64,000 nucleotides of DNA from Octopus bimaculoides. Its lineage: Eukaryota. How positions within the stretch are numbered: the first letter of the stretch is position 1; each line of letters begins with the position of its first letter. Positions 10,200 through 23,174 of the stretch are shown here, piece after piece. A program made the translations under genes and the position numbers. The notes below the pieces were generated by a model. The model was not told the DNA's origin. It saw nothing but the letters and a program-made list of their open reading frames with translations, and ran no database searches. The DNA lies in contig NC_068992.1 in the NCBI RefSeq assembly GCF_001194135.2, forward strand, positions 66,609,950 to 66,673,949, given 5' to 3'.

Positions 10200-11724
10200 G
10201 TTGGTAGTAGTTAAACAGAGTGAGGGTCTCTTGTAACTTACCCAAATTCAGAGTCGAGAGTTTTTGAAGGTCGTAAATTAAATGAAAAAAATACTTAGTG
10301 CACTTGATCGTCTTCTTGCCGGCGATGCGATTGTGAATTTTTTATGGTTGATGTCTTCTCACCGATGCTGTCAACTGTTGTATGCGAGTCCCTAGGGTTT
10401 ATTTCGGGCCGAGGCTTTGGGTTATGAGTGGGATGTGGAGAGGGTTACACCTTGGGAAGATGGCGCCAGTCTCCCGTTTAGATGATCAGATGGTCAAAGG
10501 AAAAGTACATTATTTGTCAAAGATTCTCAGCATAGAAGGTAGATCTTTGAGTATTGGTTCATATTAACCCGAGAGGGTTCTGGAGAGAGTGGTGGTGGTG
10601 GTGGAATGTTTTGTAAATTAGAAAGATGTAAGATATGTTGTGTTAATTAAGCGATGGTCAATTAATACCATGGAAACATTAACGAGATGGTGGAGTAAAA
10701 GAAAATATGAAGAGTCTTTGATGAGAGAAGTTGATAAGGATGAAAGTTGGTAAAGGATGTGGGTGGGTGAGGAGTGGACGAAGTAGACACGAGTCATTGA
10801 TGGGGGTTGGGGTGGGGGAGGATGTGGGAGAGCCCGTAAGAGGACATTTACTCATTAAAGTTTCACTGTAAAACTAAATTTAATTTAAACCGAGAATCAA
10901 TTTTGATTGGTTTTAGTTGAAGTCTGATTGTTTGAGGCAAGAAATACTTTAAGTAAAATATGAAAATTGTACAATCTCAGTTTGTCTCGTTGTTGTTTTG
11001 TTGTTGTTTTCTAAAACAACAAATCAATATTAAATGCAATTCCCATCAACTAAATCTATCGAACACGTTTTAAACAATTCGATTCTACAGATTAACTGCT
11101 TCTGTGAATTCCTTCTTAACTTTGATAGGTCGCCTGTAGGTATAGGATTTCGAATCGATGTATCATCGGTCTCTACAGACGGATGCTCCTAACAAAGCTT
11201 CATCAATATAAACAATAAACCAGTCTATAGTTATTTGAATTGAACAATTCACTTTATGACATTTTCATTGGTAACAGAGAAAGAATTTTGGTAATAAATA
11301 AAAGCACCAAGGGAGTGATATTTCTTCCTCTTGACTTGGGTTGAAGTTTAATATCTTTTTAGTAAATCATACGAAGAGACTGAACTAAATGTATGATGTT
11401 AATGTCTGTCCACAGAATAAAAGTGCGAATTACAGAGAATCTCGTGGGATTGGCAGTCTTTTTTCACATCTGTAATGGCTCCTATAAGATCTACTTTTTC
11501 TACGTTCGACTTTCAGTGAACCTTGCGTTGTTTTCTATTCCATAAAATGTCGGCATAAGAAACATTTCTCTCTCTCTCTCTCCCCCTCCCTTCCCCCTCT
11601 CTCTCTTTCTCTTCCTCACCGTTAAAATACCTGTTCGAGAATATTCCTTGGAAACAATATTCTCAAAAGACCACATTCTTCACATTCTAAATACCGATGA
11701 TAATAATAATAATAATAATCTTCA

Positions 11725-11870
11725 TTGCTATAAGCATGAACAGAGAAGAATGAGTGGAGCATTGACATAAATGCCAAACAGTAATGAAATACCGAGTTCA
11801 AACCCCGCTTGAATCGCCTTAGCATTGATGGGGTTGATAAAATCAATACCAGTAATATATTAGGATTCCA
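11725..11870 (+). mobile_element. SINE family B, degraded
   Basis: CCGAGTTCAAACCCCGCTTGAATCGCC...GGGGTTGATAAAATCAATACCAGT matches the family B order. Confidence 0.5.
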
Positions 11871-12049
11871 TTCAAGTGTTTACAACTTGGCACTAAATTT
11901 CAGACCTTGAAAATATAATAAAAGAAAAAAACATTTAACTAGCTGACAGGCATCGTGGCCCCTTTTCTTTCAGGGGCCGCTGTTTCTATAATTTGTATCA
12001 ATTTTATACCTGAAATTAACTCTAATAATTCAGGTGTTATTTTCACTCA

Positions 12050-12166
12050 ACAGCGTAAAATAAAATGTTTTGTTCGAGAATACAACGCACTGCCCGACCC
12101 GGGAACCGAAACCAGAACTCTGCGATAGTAAGTGCAACATCCTAACCATTTGGCTACGCGCCTTCA
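12050..12166 (-). mobile_element. SINE family C, tRNA-like head
   Basis: Minus strand GAAGGCGCGTAGCCAAATGGTTAGG...GCGTTGTATTCTCGAACAAAACATTTTATTTTACG parallels 49282-49381. Confidence 0.7.
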
Positions 12167-12739
12167 ACAATAGCAACAACATTATATTGAATATATTAGA
12201 TGCGATTGAAACCACCACCTTTTACCAAATCTGTTTATTTCATCAGCAAAATCTATAAAATAAAGCGCCATCTAACGAGAAGTTTCTCTTAAAAGACTTT
12301 CTTGAACGAGATTTTTGATCTCAATAGTTCCACTGGTGACTCCAGCCGTTCCTTGCCACCATTTGTGTCCCTCGTCTTCTATAGTTTCTCTCTTATTTTC
12401 GGCTATCTTAAGGAAATCTTTGTTCCTATTCTTCGACTAAATTTGGACGATTCCATTGAGAAATCAGATCCTGATGAGGTCGAGATCACTCAGTTCAAAA
12501 TAGTTTTAAAAACTGAAGGATTAATGAAATTCTTTGGAAATTATGGTCAGTTTCCACTTTTCTGCTATGTTTTACGCCTTCACAAGCATGGTTGAACCAG
12601 TACCATCACCCCACAACCGGCACTACCCCCAGCGCCCTCCTCCTCTTCCGTCTCGTCATCGTCATATATTTCACTGAAACGTTCACAGGCAATGCTCCAT
12701 CTTGGCCGCAGTCTAATCGATGAAACCAAGGAAATATAG

Positions 12740-13020
12740 AATGTCATCATGAGTTGGTTCCACATTATGCTGTCCGTTATCAAGAGCTGTTTAATAACTG
12801 GACAATAATCGACTAAAATCGATATTGGTGCGATTGATTGAAACTATCCTTCCAGCGTCCTCAGTTTTCAGAATCATTATTGGTTTTATCCAAAGACATC
12901 TTTGAATGCAACTAAATTCCTTGTAGGTTTGTCTCATATCGAACATTGGATGAGTTCTTGGAAGTGGTCACGAGTAGAATGGCAAACAGTACCACATTTA
13001 TTTCGGCTCTTCCTCATCCT
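12740..13020 (-). mobile_element. Possible RTE-type LINE fragment
   Basis: Remnants AFKDVFG, RWKDSFNQ and PTHDDI resemble the RTE linker upstream of RT. Many stops. Confidence 0.3.
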
Positions 13021-13077
13021 CTAAGTTTTGTTCTAATAGTCAGATTGTTGTTGTTGCTGTTACTATTGGTGTTGGTT

Positions 13078-13235
13078 TTCCCAGGTCAGCCCTGTGGAAT
13101 AAACGTATGATCAAAGTCGTAGAAACCGTGGCCATCCCGTCTAACTGTACAACTGATTGTCCAGTTGCTTTTCTTTTTTTTTAATTATGCATGATTTGAG
13201 GGTGGTTTGGTTGCTATTTCTTGAAGGTCGAGCGA
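13078..13235 (+). repeat. Dispersed repeat family D
   Basis: CCCAGGTCAGCCCTG..ATGATCAAAG..GTGGCCATCCCGTCT...GATTTGAGGGTGGTTTGGTTGCTATTTC. Confidence 0.65.
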
Positions 13236-14047
13236 TTAGGTCGAGGTTCTCACGTTTTGTTTGTTCAAACCTGTTCTGTTTTGGCGAAATTTCAGAAGAA
13301 TAGGAAGCAAATTGGCAGCAGAAACACTCCCACCCCGCTGGCCAGAAAACAGCAACAAAGAAAAAACAAAAATGATTTTGTTGCGAATCTGCTGAAATTA
13401 CATCGGTTCTTCTTTGTAAAAGAGGTGTTGAATAATGAAGATATTATACACTTTGATTCATAACAGATATAACGAAGTGTTTCTGTACAAAGTGCAACTG
13501 GAATTGGGAGTCAGAAGGAAAATATTTGTAGAAAAGAATGAAAATAATTCGTGGAAAATAAAAGATTGAAAGAAAAGAATAAAAAGATGAACAAACCAAA
13601 AATTTTTTCCCTCTCTTAGATTCGCTTCTTCAGTAAATTTCTTCCGGAAAACACTCAAGTATTTAATCACTGCTACACATACAAGATGCCAATCCTATCG
13701 TCTGGTGTTCTGAGGATTTTATTCAATTTCTAATAAGGCCAGCCTTTACTTCAATCTCCAGAATTTGGTTGGAAATTGGTTAAACCAGCTGACACTTCTT
13801 AATATCAATGTCTTTATTGTATGGAAGAAGAAATGAGATGTTATTATTCCATACACACGGCTGACGGAGATAACATGGAAAAGAAGAGGCAAATGTAGTT
13901 TATTTAATAATGTGTCACAAATAAATGCCAAGCACCTAGCATTCGGTGATTGTAGCATCAATAATATAACAGTAATTTAGTACAAAAACGATATATTTTT
14001 GCTTGATGGTGAAACATTTTCACGTATAATTCGCCCCATTTTTCCAG

Positions 14048-14092
14048 GGGAAAGATCTCGGTGAATTTATTAAAAGATACACAGAATACTAT
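14048..14092 (+). CDS. Candidate 45-nt internal exon (GKDLGEFIKRYTEYY), protein not recognised
   Basis: Acceptor CCCCATTTTTCCAG and donor TAT|GTAAGT. Length divisible by 3 and frame 0 open. Confidence 0.4.
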
Positions 14093-14779
14093 GTAAGTGA
14101 TATTTTCCGGAGATCGAGTGTAATATCAGTTGGCAAGTGCTGACATCTACAGGCGTATAAAAGTCTAATTGCTCTCCAGCAGAAATATCATAAAAACATG
14201 ACCCAGTAGGAAAGTCCTGCCTTCTATTGGCACTCAACATTGGCAAAGAAAGTAATTATACGAAAATCTGGTTTCATGAAACGAAATGCAAATTGCATTT
14301 CTCAATACATCATGATCTTTTCTTTCTTCCTCTCGTCTTTTCATCTCCTCCCTCTTCTTGAAATCTTCTTTCTGCAATTTATGTTTGATTCCTGCTTTCT
14401 ATTTCAAGAGTTAACCAATATGGATGAGAAAAAAAAAAAAATAAAAAGAAAGGAAAAAAAGTGAACCACATCGACAACATGAACATCAACAACAAATCTG
14501 ATGGGAAAATATGAAAGAATTAATGCTTTGCCTAACACTAGTAATTAGATTGAGGAATAAATATATACAAGAAAGGGAACAGTTCTGGATAATAAAATAT
14601 TGGAAAACAACTTTCAGCCAGGAATCAAAAATAAAGTTAAAAAAAAAAACAGATATAAAAAATAATAAAAAAACTATCTCTTATTTACACCGAGTTGATT
14701 TCCTAATTAGAGACCGACATATATTTTAAAAGAATTGTTGAAAGATTCTCACTGGCAGCGGAAAAAACAAAATAAAGGA

Positions 14780-14799
14780 TTACATACATACACACATAC

Positions 14800-14846
<47 letters not shown>

Positions 14847-15367
14847 CAATTATATATATTTTATGCTCTCTCTCTCTCTCACACGATGCGAGTTCATGTG
14901 TTGGTGGAGATGGTGGAGATATTTTCAAATACGTTTCTATATGAATTCCTATCAACTATAGTGACTACACATACATACAAATATACATACACACACACAT
15001 ACGTACGTGTATGCATACATACGTAAATATATATGCAAAAACAAGTTTTAATAAATATGAACGTAGATATCTCTGCACACACACACACACACACGTATAT
15101 TCAGACACCTGTATGCAGATATATGTGTATACAAGCACAGATCTATGCATAATTATATATATAAATATGTATATATACCTAAAATTATATACATAAATGT
15201 TAATATATATGTGTGTGTGTACGTGTGTGTATACATGCACATATATATATGTGTGTGTGTACGTGTGTGTATACATGCACATATATATATATATATATAA
15301 AACGTGTGTGTGTATATATATATACATGTATATATATATATATATATACATGTATATNNNNNNNNNN

Positions 15368-15408
<41 letters not shown>

Positions 15409-15876
15409 GGTGTGCACGTCTGCATCTATGCATCCACCTACCAACGTATACATACATATAGCTACATATACGCATACGTGCAGGCAGAGGCACATATTTG
15501 TATACACACACACAAACACCTACAAAGTAAAGAAGTTTGTCTGCAGAGTTCTCTGTGAGATGAGAAATATTGTCATGTTTTTTTTTTGTCTTATTCTTTG
15601 GGAAGTAGATTGGTTAATTAGCGATGTGGTAGCTATTGATGATGTCAGTGATGATGATGATGATGATGATGACGATGACGTTGTTTTGCTAATGTGCTTA
15701 ATTACTAGAAGGTAAACATGTTCATGTAAATATATATATATATATACTTACATACATCTCTCTCTATCTGTATATATACATATACAGTTATGTATGCATT
15801 ATATGAATATGCATATCTACATGTATATATATACACACACGTATATATTTATATATACATATGTACTTACGTATTC

Positions 15877-15917
<41 letters not shown>

Positions 15918-15945
15918 ATTATGTGCAAATATATATATATATCCC
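14780..15945. repeat. Compound (TA)/(CA)/(TG)/(GAT) microsatellite block
   Basis: Direct reading; includes a ~10-N gap. Confidence 0.9.
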
Positions 15946-16939
15946 CCACTATCATCATCATGATGATGGTCTCACCACAAAGCTAATGAAAAAAGATGTA
16001 AAACAATAGAAAACGAATACCAAGAAGTGGTGGTGGTGGGGTGTGTGTGAGTTGAGAAGAACAACACCAACAACAACAACAAAACTGAAAAGAAAGCAAA
16101 AAGAAAAGCAGCATCTGTAACATTGAGATTGGTTTTATCTCAACGGTTTATCACCACCACCACCACCACCACCTTATATCGTCTTCACCATTAGCACCAT
16201 CATCAGACGCCACTACAAACAGCTCAAACCTCTGCCTCCTCATCATCCTTCTCTTCCTCCACATCTGCCGCTGCCATCACCACCACAACCACCACCATCA
16301 TCATCATCATCATCATCATCATCATTTTATTTACTGCTTTGTGTTATTTGTTTCCTATAGTAAAAAAAGAAATGGAGGGGGAAAGTCTGTCTGCGCCAAT
16401 GAGGTCACGGTTTCGATTCTTGCTTGTGAACAGTTGCCGTTGATCAAATTAGTTGTGAACGAAAAGATCAACAATCAAAGACGACCCAACCGTGATACTC
16501 CCCTCTTACAAATGTCTACATCTACAAATGTCTCAAATATCCATATTTCCTGCAAATCAAGAGACCACGCTTCTGCAGTATTCCGCTAACAACCACCATT
16601 ATTTGGAGGCCAAACAAAGCTTGCTTAATCGCTAGAAATAACACCCAAACAATGTACAGGCATATATTGAGCACTTTTTTCTCTTTCCTTATTCATCTGA
16701 TGCCAGTCACCGATCGTGTGTATATATAAATACACAAAACTATTGAAAAGGTTGCAAGACGCAACAGAAATTTTAGAAAAATAAAAAAGAAGTGAAAATT
16801 TTACCGGTGAGTGTGTTAAATTTTAAGGCACAATAAGAAAATGACTCTCCCCAGACACAACAGAATATGCTTCAACACATAAACTCACATCAAGAATCTT
16901 GGAAACAAAATCCGAAATATATATATATCTATATATTTG

Positions 16940-16995
16940 CAAGCTGTTCCGTTGATAGGATCAACTGGCACACTCATCATAAGTGACGGAGAGTC
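16940..16995 (+). mobile_element. SINE family C tail fragment
   Basis: GCTGTTCCGTTGATAGGATCAACTGG vs GCTGTTCCGTTGATCGGATCAGCTGG at ~49541. Confidence 0.6.
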
Positions 16996-17146
16996 ATATT
17001 TATAGATATACGCACTTAGCTATATATATAAATGCACACACATACACACATATGTACAGATAGGTACCCAATCCAATATAAACTGTAGATCCAACAGGGG
17101 TGGTTCTAAGTGTAGCGTATGTATAAAGAACACAAGTGGGGTTTAA

Positions 17147-17199
17147 AAGTCACAACAGCTGTTTCGGCAGCTTTTTATTGACGCAACCTTAGATGACTT
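17147..17199 (-). ncRNA. Decayed hammerhead-like motif (core broken)
   Basis: Minus strand AAGTCAT-CTAAGG...GCTGCC-GAA-ACAGCTGT-T-GTGACTT. 7-bp helix I and palindromic helix III are present; CUGANGA and helix II are corrupted. Confidence 0.35.
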
Positions 17200-17838
17200 A
17201 TGGCAAAATCCACCATCATCACAAAACTTCTAACATATAAACAAGTAAACCAGAAATAAAGTCGATTAGCTCTCCTTCAACCATGATGGAGTGAGTGAAG
17301 TGTTGAGAAGTTACGATCGAATTTATTAGAGACGCGGGTCAGAAATGCAGAGTTCAAAACTATTTATTTCCGAGTAACTATTAGTTGATAGCTCCGTCCG
17401 GTGGTTAATGATCATATAAAATAAAATAAAAAATAAAGGAGAAAATGTCTACTCGTTAAGGTTGCACAGACAAGGGATCACATTTAAGAGATTGCATTTT
17501 TGCCATGATGTAGTCTAAGAATGGATCAATTAAATGCTGGCCAAACAACTGTTGTATATATGTGTGTGTATACATACACACACACACACTTGTGATAAAA
17601 GTGAGCAAACTGAAACTTCGAAGTTACTGTCAATCTTTCCCTTGTAAAATTAGTAAATATATAATTCTGCTAAACGATATTACGTAATTCCGCAATTTAA
17701 TGTTGGATTGTTTTTCTTATATTATAATTTGACATAAAAACAAATTTTACACACACACACACATATACATGTGTGTGTAAAAGTATAAATATATATGCAC
17801 ATGTATATTGTCTCTCTCTCTATATATATGTGTATATA

Positions 17839-17900
<62 letters not shown>

Positions 17901-18647
17901 TATATATATACTTACATGTACATACATACAAACATACTCGCACACATACATGGTGTTCACGGCTGGAATGTCTTTTGTTAAATCATGGAATGATGACCTC
18001 AGGACAAACAACAACCATTTCAAGAAACGAATCGAGCGACAACAATCTTCCAAAATATTCCTAAACCCCAAATCTCTCCCCGACCCCCCTCTTACATTCC
18101 ACCACTAATAACTTTTATTAATTATATTAATTAATTTATTAATTTACTTCATAATTCAATTATTTTCAGCAATCTTAATAACAATTTAATAATATTAAGC
18201 AACTGTAAGAAATATTCTTCATTTTCTTCGTGTTTTCACTGATTTCGTCATCGAAGACGTTGGTGGGGTGTGAGGGGAGGTGTGACTCGGTGTTTGTGTG
18301 TGTGTGTATGTATGTGTGTTTGTATGAATGTATGTATGTGTGTATGTATGTACATGTGTATGTATGTATATGTATGTATATGTGTTTGTATGTATGCATG
18401 CATGTATGTATCTATTTATCTCTCTATCAATGTATAAGTGTTTTTAGGTGCGTATGTCTATGCTTCTTCTGTGTATGGATGGTGGTGGTGGTGGTGGCGT
18501 TTCACTTTTATATTAAACAGCAATTTACTAATTTCTATAATGGAAGCAGACTCGGTTGTATTTTGTGCGTTAATTGTCAGCCCCATGGCGAACAACTAAG
18601 TTTTTGATTTGTTTTTCTGTTGCCAACACACTCCCTTTTTCTTGCTC

Positions 18648-18650
<3 letters not shown>

Positions 18651-18702
<52 letters not shown>

Positions 18703-18720
18703 CGCGCGCGCATATGTGTG
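18651..18720. repeat. (TG)22 followed by (CG)8 alternating purine-pyrimidine tract
   Basis: Direct reading; CG run at 18695-18710. Confidence 0.95.
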
Positions 18721-18858
18721 TTTGTGTATTTATATATCTGTATGTATGTATATATGTATCTGTGTGTGCGTGCGTGTATGTGTGTGTGTGTATGTATGTA
18801 TCTAATATAATCTATCTCATTCTATATACATACATTTGCATAGGCATAAAAAATTAAA

Positions 18859-18894
<36 letters not shown>

Positions 18895-19366
18895 ATATTT
18901 GCATGTCGTATATATATATGCTTCTCGTGACCACGACATCCATATACATATGTACATACACGTGATTGAACGAAGTTGAAAGTTCATTTGTTCGGTTGAT
19001 TCGTTTCATGTTGAGTTTTTATCTCTGTGATGTGAGAAGAAAAAANNNNNNNNNNNNNNNNNNNNNNNNNNNNNNNNNNNNNNNNNNNNNNNNNNNNNNN
19101 NNNNNNNNNNNNNNNNNNNNNNNNNNNNNNNTCCCTACTACAGCCAATAGTTTCGCTGCTGTCATCGACTTCTGAAGAATTTATTGAAATTTATCAAGTT
19201 TTTCACATTGCAAAAAAGTTGTCGTGCAAAATTTCATCGGCGATAATTGCTCGACATTTTGATTCCATGATCGTGGTCGATCACTTCCGGAAAGAAGGAA
19301 CATGACATCATAGTGCGTGTACAAGGGAGGTAATTTTTTGAATTAAAAAGAAAACCCAAACTATTA

Positions 19367-19400
<34 letters not shown>

Positions 19401-20064
19401 GAAAACAGAAAAACTTGTACATTTATATATTACTCTTGTTATTTTCTCTGTAATTTTAACAGTTTTAATGGAGGCCAAGATCAAACAGTTCCAATCGAGA
19501 AATAAATCAAAGAAAATTCAACATTTCCAAATTCTAAGTTAACATTCATCTTAGAAATTTAAACTTCATTGGATCATCGATATTTCGGTTGATGTCTCAT
19601 AGTGTTACATTGTTATATGTAGTACAACACAATCCTAATGCGAGAGTATGGCGCTGTTTTGTTTGTAAATACATTTGAAACTGAAACGGCTAAGTCCATC
19701 GAGCAGCAATTCGGCTCAGCTGATTAGAATCAAATTATCTCTTTATTGGTCAAATCACTTTTGTTGGATATTTGGCGGGTAGTTTGTAGTGGCGAGTAGA
19801 ACGGCCAAGGAGTGCAAGACAGGTGTTTTACCCTTGGGATTAATTGGATGGCTTTTATCCAGCACCATAACCTTTAGAACACGAAGGATACCATCGCGAA
19901 CCAGATTAGAGCTGACCATTTTAGTCTGTTGTCAAAGGGACTCTAGCAGCTTTGCGCATTCCTCTATCCGTTCTCTACATCTCAACCATAACAGCTTTAG
20001 AAGCTACACCCCTCCCCCACCCACTTCGAAGGAAGACCCTTCATATTTCCTGCTTGTTTTACAT

Positions 20065-20322
20065 CAGTAGTTCTGAACCATTTTCTTGTCTGTGGACTTC
20101 TTTGATTCCTATTTCCCTCTAATGGACCCTCATAGCTATTCAATGCTTAAAAAGACAAAATCCTATTTTTATAATGAAATATATTTTTAGGAAATGTTTA
20201 ACAAGATTCTTTGAATATTTTGCGCATTCTAGAAGTAGAACCAGTTTATTGCCGATAAGTTTTAACAACAAAATCTCGTCTAGGTCCTCAAGGGTCATGT
20301 GGACCCCAGCTGAGATCCATTG
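20065..20322. mobile_element. hAT/Charlie-like MITE (~258 bp)
   Basis: Left CAGTAGTTCTGAAC; right end reverse complement CAATGGATCTCAGC. 8-bp flanks TTTTACAT / CTTTACAC match 6/8 (TSD-like). Confidence 0.7.
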
Positions 20323-23174
20323 CTTTACACCCAACTCTATATTGTGCACACATATACACACGCACGGTAAATCATCTCTAAAACTACTACTACGATGACG
20401 ACGACCAACACCACCACGACTACGGCGACGATTACGACGGCGACTACGACAACAACACCACCACCACCACCACCACCATTACTCTCTTCTTTCTCTCCCT
20501 CTCTCTATTTCTCCGTCTACGTTTTTCCCGTACACTAAATAAACCCAAATCTGAATTAGTATTTTTCTAGATGCGAACTTGGATCGTTATTTTTTAACGA
20601 CTTATATCTAATATCTTTGTTAAATTGACATTTTTCTCCTTAAAGACACATTAAATATTACAATGTCGACAATAAAGCGACATTTACCGTTTTCAAAAAG
20701 GCGAGAAAGCGATACAATTTCAAAACCTATTTATGCCATAAATGTCATTTGAAACAACGATTCGTCCGGATTATTAGATTACTGTAAAATTTAAAACGAA
20801 AATACAAAGCAAGGAGAAACAAAACGAAATAATAATAAATATAAATAGAACAGAAAAAAAGCAAAATTGTAAGAAAAATGTAGACGTGAATAATTGTGAG
20901 GCGAGAGAGAGGTTTTGGATATTTAAGATGCGAAGGTCGCCAGCATCAAGGAACGAAATGGCAGAGCGATTGTAGTGTTGAATTTTGGAATTCAAAAAGG
21001 GTTCATGTACGTGATGAAAAAGAGTAAGGTAGCAGACATCTATCTATCTGTCTGTCTATTTTTCTATCTATCTACATGTCTACCTATGTGACTAACTGCA
21101 TATACGTATACATATTTGATGGTATGTATGCTTGTGTGCATATATGTTTGTGTGTATGTATATATATACATGTAAGCATGTGTATTACGATATGAGCGAA
21201 CAGTGAGTGTGTGCTCGACACCCATTTGGTGGCAAAAAAATATATTGTGGACGCCCTGAGACTTCTGTGACTGAAAAAAATGAGATGTCAATGACTATGA
21301 CATGTGTGAACAGCCCAAAGAAGTGCACACGATTGTAAGATAGAAATTTAAATATAATAAAATGTTTTAAAAGAAATTTAAAGTGTCTACGTGATAACTG
21401 TTAACCTACTTTTGGACCACTATATATATATANNNNNNNNNNNNNNNNNNNNNNNNNNNNNNNATGCAATAAATTCTCCCTCCCCTAGCAATTTTTTAGT
21501 AAAAGAATTTTCGTATTCCTAGTATTTACATACGGGAGATTCTGAATATGCAATCTCCCCCGCATGACTTAGAATAAGCAGGGAATAAAAAATGGCTCTG
21601 TAGCGATGAGCCTGAAATAAGTGTGTTGTTTGTATTTTTCTCTCTCTTCGAAACGTCAGTACTTTCCCATCCTCACTCTCCCTTAAAAATGTCTAATAAT
21701 CATAAGTGAAAAGTAATGAAGATGAAATTGGATTATGTTAATATTTTTGCATATTAGGAATCTCTGTTAAAGATAGGAATCCGAAAAAATTTTTTCATAA
21801 AATTTCGTTTTTCAATGGGGTGCAATTCTGCATTAGCCCCTATACCTATTGGTTGAGCTGAATCAATTTGAAATGATTTAATAAAGAGAACACATTTAGT
21901 TACATTATATGGCCATGGTTTTAGATAGTTACGCTCTCGAAGACAAGTGAGGTGCTTTATCATGCTACTTGTCAATTCCGGGAAAATTATTGATTCTCAA
22001 GCAGACTGTTCTGAGACTTACTGAACTCCGTATATTAAAAGACTACGTCTCACGCACACACATTGAAAATACACGCAATATACATGAATACACACACAAT
22101 GAAAGACAGCGAAAATTCAACATTGTAAAAAGCCCCCCCCCCACCCCAAATTGTTGAAGCAGAAGTCAACATCTCTGAGATTGAAACAAGACACTTATTT
22201 ACGGCCGTAAATAGACTACACCCAACAGCATAAAAGGGAAAACCTATGTAGGTTAGGTGTGACGAAGTCGAACCATTTCTCCTGCGAACCTTATGTTATA
22301 ACAAACACTAACCAAAACCTGCAATATATGCCCTTTAATATATTAAATTTTTGGCATAACTACAGGGTTCCCCACCCCCCGACTTTGGGAGGTCACAACT
22401 TTCAGAAAAATGAATATTTTTTAATGAAATTTTCTATGCATATAGTATTTACTATGTAGAATCCGAATATACAAAAATTTGGAATGGGGGTGGGGGACAA
22501 TTTTCGGAAATTCCAACAGAGTTCACTTAAATTCTTAACTTCCAGGAAAACTAATATTTTTTCGTTAAATTTTCTACAAATATACCTTGATGTATGTACA
22601 TTTCGAGCATGTAGGAATTTTGAAGGAAACAATTGCAGGTTATTTTTGAGAAGTGTTCCCCACTCGGTGGTGTTTCGGAGCAAGTCGTCCATAATTGTTT
22701 AATTTTTCTCTATTATGTGCNNNNNNNNNNNNNNNNNNNNNNNNNNNNNNNNNNNNNNNNNNNNNNNNNNNNNNNNNNNNNNNNNNNNNNNNNNNNNNNN
22801 NNNNNNNNNNNNNNNNNNNNNNNNNNNNNNNNNNNNNNNNNNNNNNNNNNNNNNNNNNNNNNNNNNNNNNNNNNNNNNNNNNNNNNNNNNNNNNNNNNNN
22901 NNNNNNNNNNNNNNNNNNNNNNNNNNNNNNNNNNNNNNNNNNNNNNNNNNNNNNNNNNNNNNNNNNNNNNNNNNNNNNNNNNNNNNNNNNNNNNNNNNNN
23001 NNNNNNNNNNNNNNNNNNNNNNNNNNNNNNNNNNNNNNNNNNNNNNNNNNNNNNNNNNNNNNNNNNNNNNNNNNNNNNNNNNNNNNNNNNNNNNNNNNNN
23101 NNNNNNNNNNNNNNNNNNNNNNNNNNNNNNNNNNNNNNNNNNNNNNNNNNNNNNNNNNNNNNNNNNNNNNNNNA

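Larger units (their letters stand above)
9900..10850 (-). mobile_element. Penelope-like element relic (RT and GIY-YIG remnants, repeat region, hammerhead)
   Basis: Weak peptide remnants SLIKDSSYFL..LINTTYLTSF*FTKH (SYIKDxxHF / DVxSLYTNIP-like) and SIGEKT (YIGET-like), followed by the minisatellite and hammerhead in the expected order. Confidence 0.45.

Noticed and set aside
12468-12500. CTGATGA core (also at ~54163 and ~51925 on -)
   Set aside because: No GAAA after a plausible helix II.
19135-19180. Hammerhead-like GATGA-CAGCAGC-GAAACTATT (-)
   Set aside because: Core and helices do not close.
19132-19300. ~55-codon open frame after a gap
   Set aside because: It stops before the nearby donor, and the frames are inconsistent.
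20928-21023. 96-nt symmetric exon candidate (DAKVASIKERNGRAIVV...)
   Set aside because: Purine-rich acceptor region; no support beyond one donor.
22360-22720. TACAGGG Tc1-like terminus
   Set aside because: The partner TIR is not visible (gap); it may instead be a hAT subterminal region.
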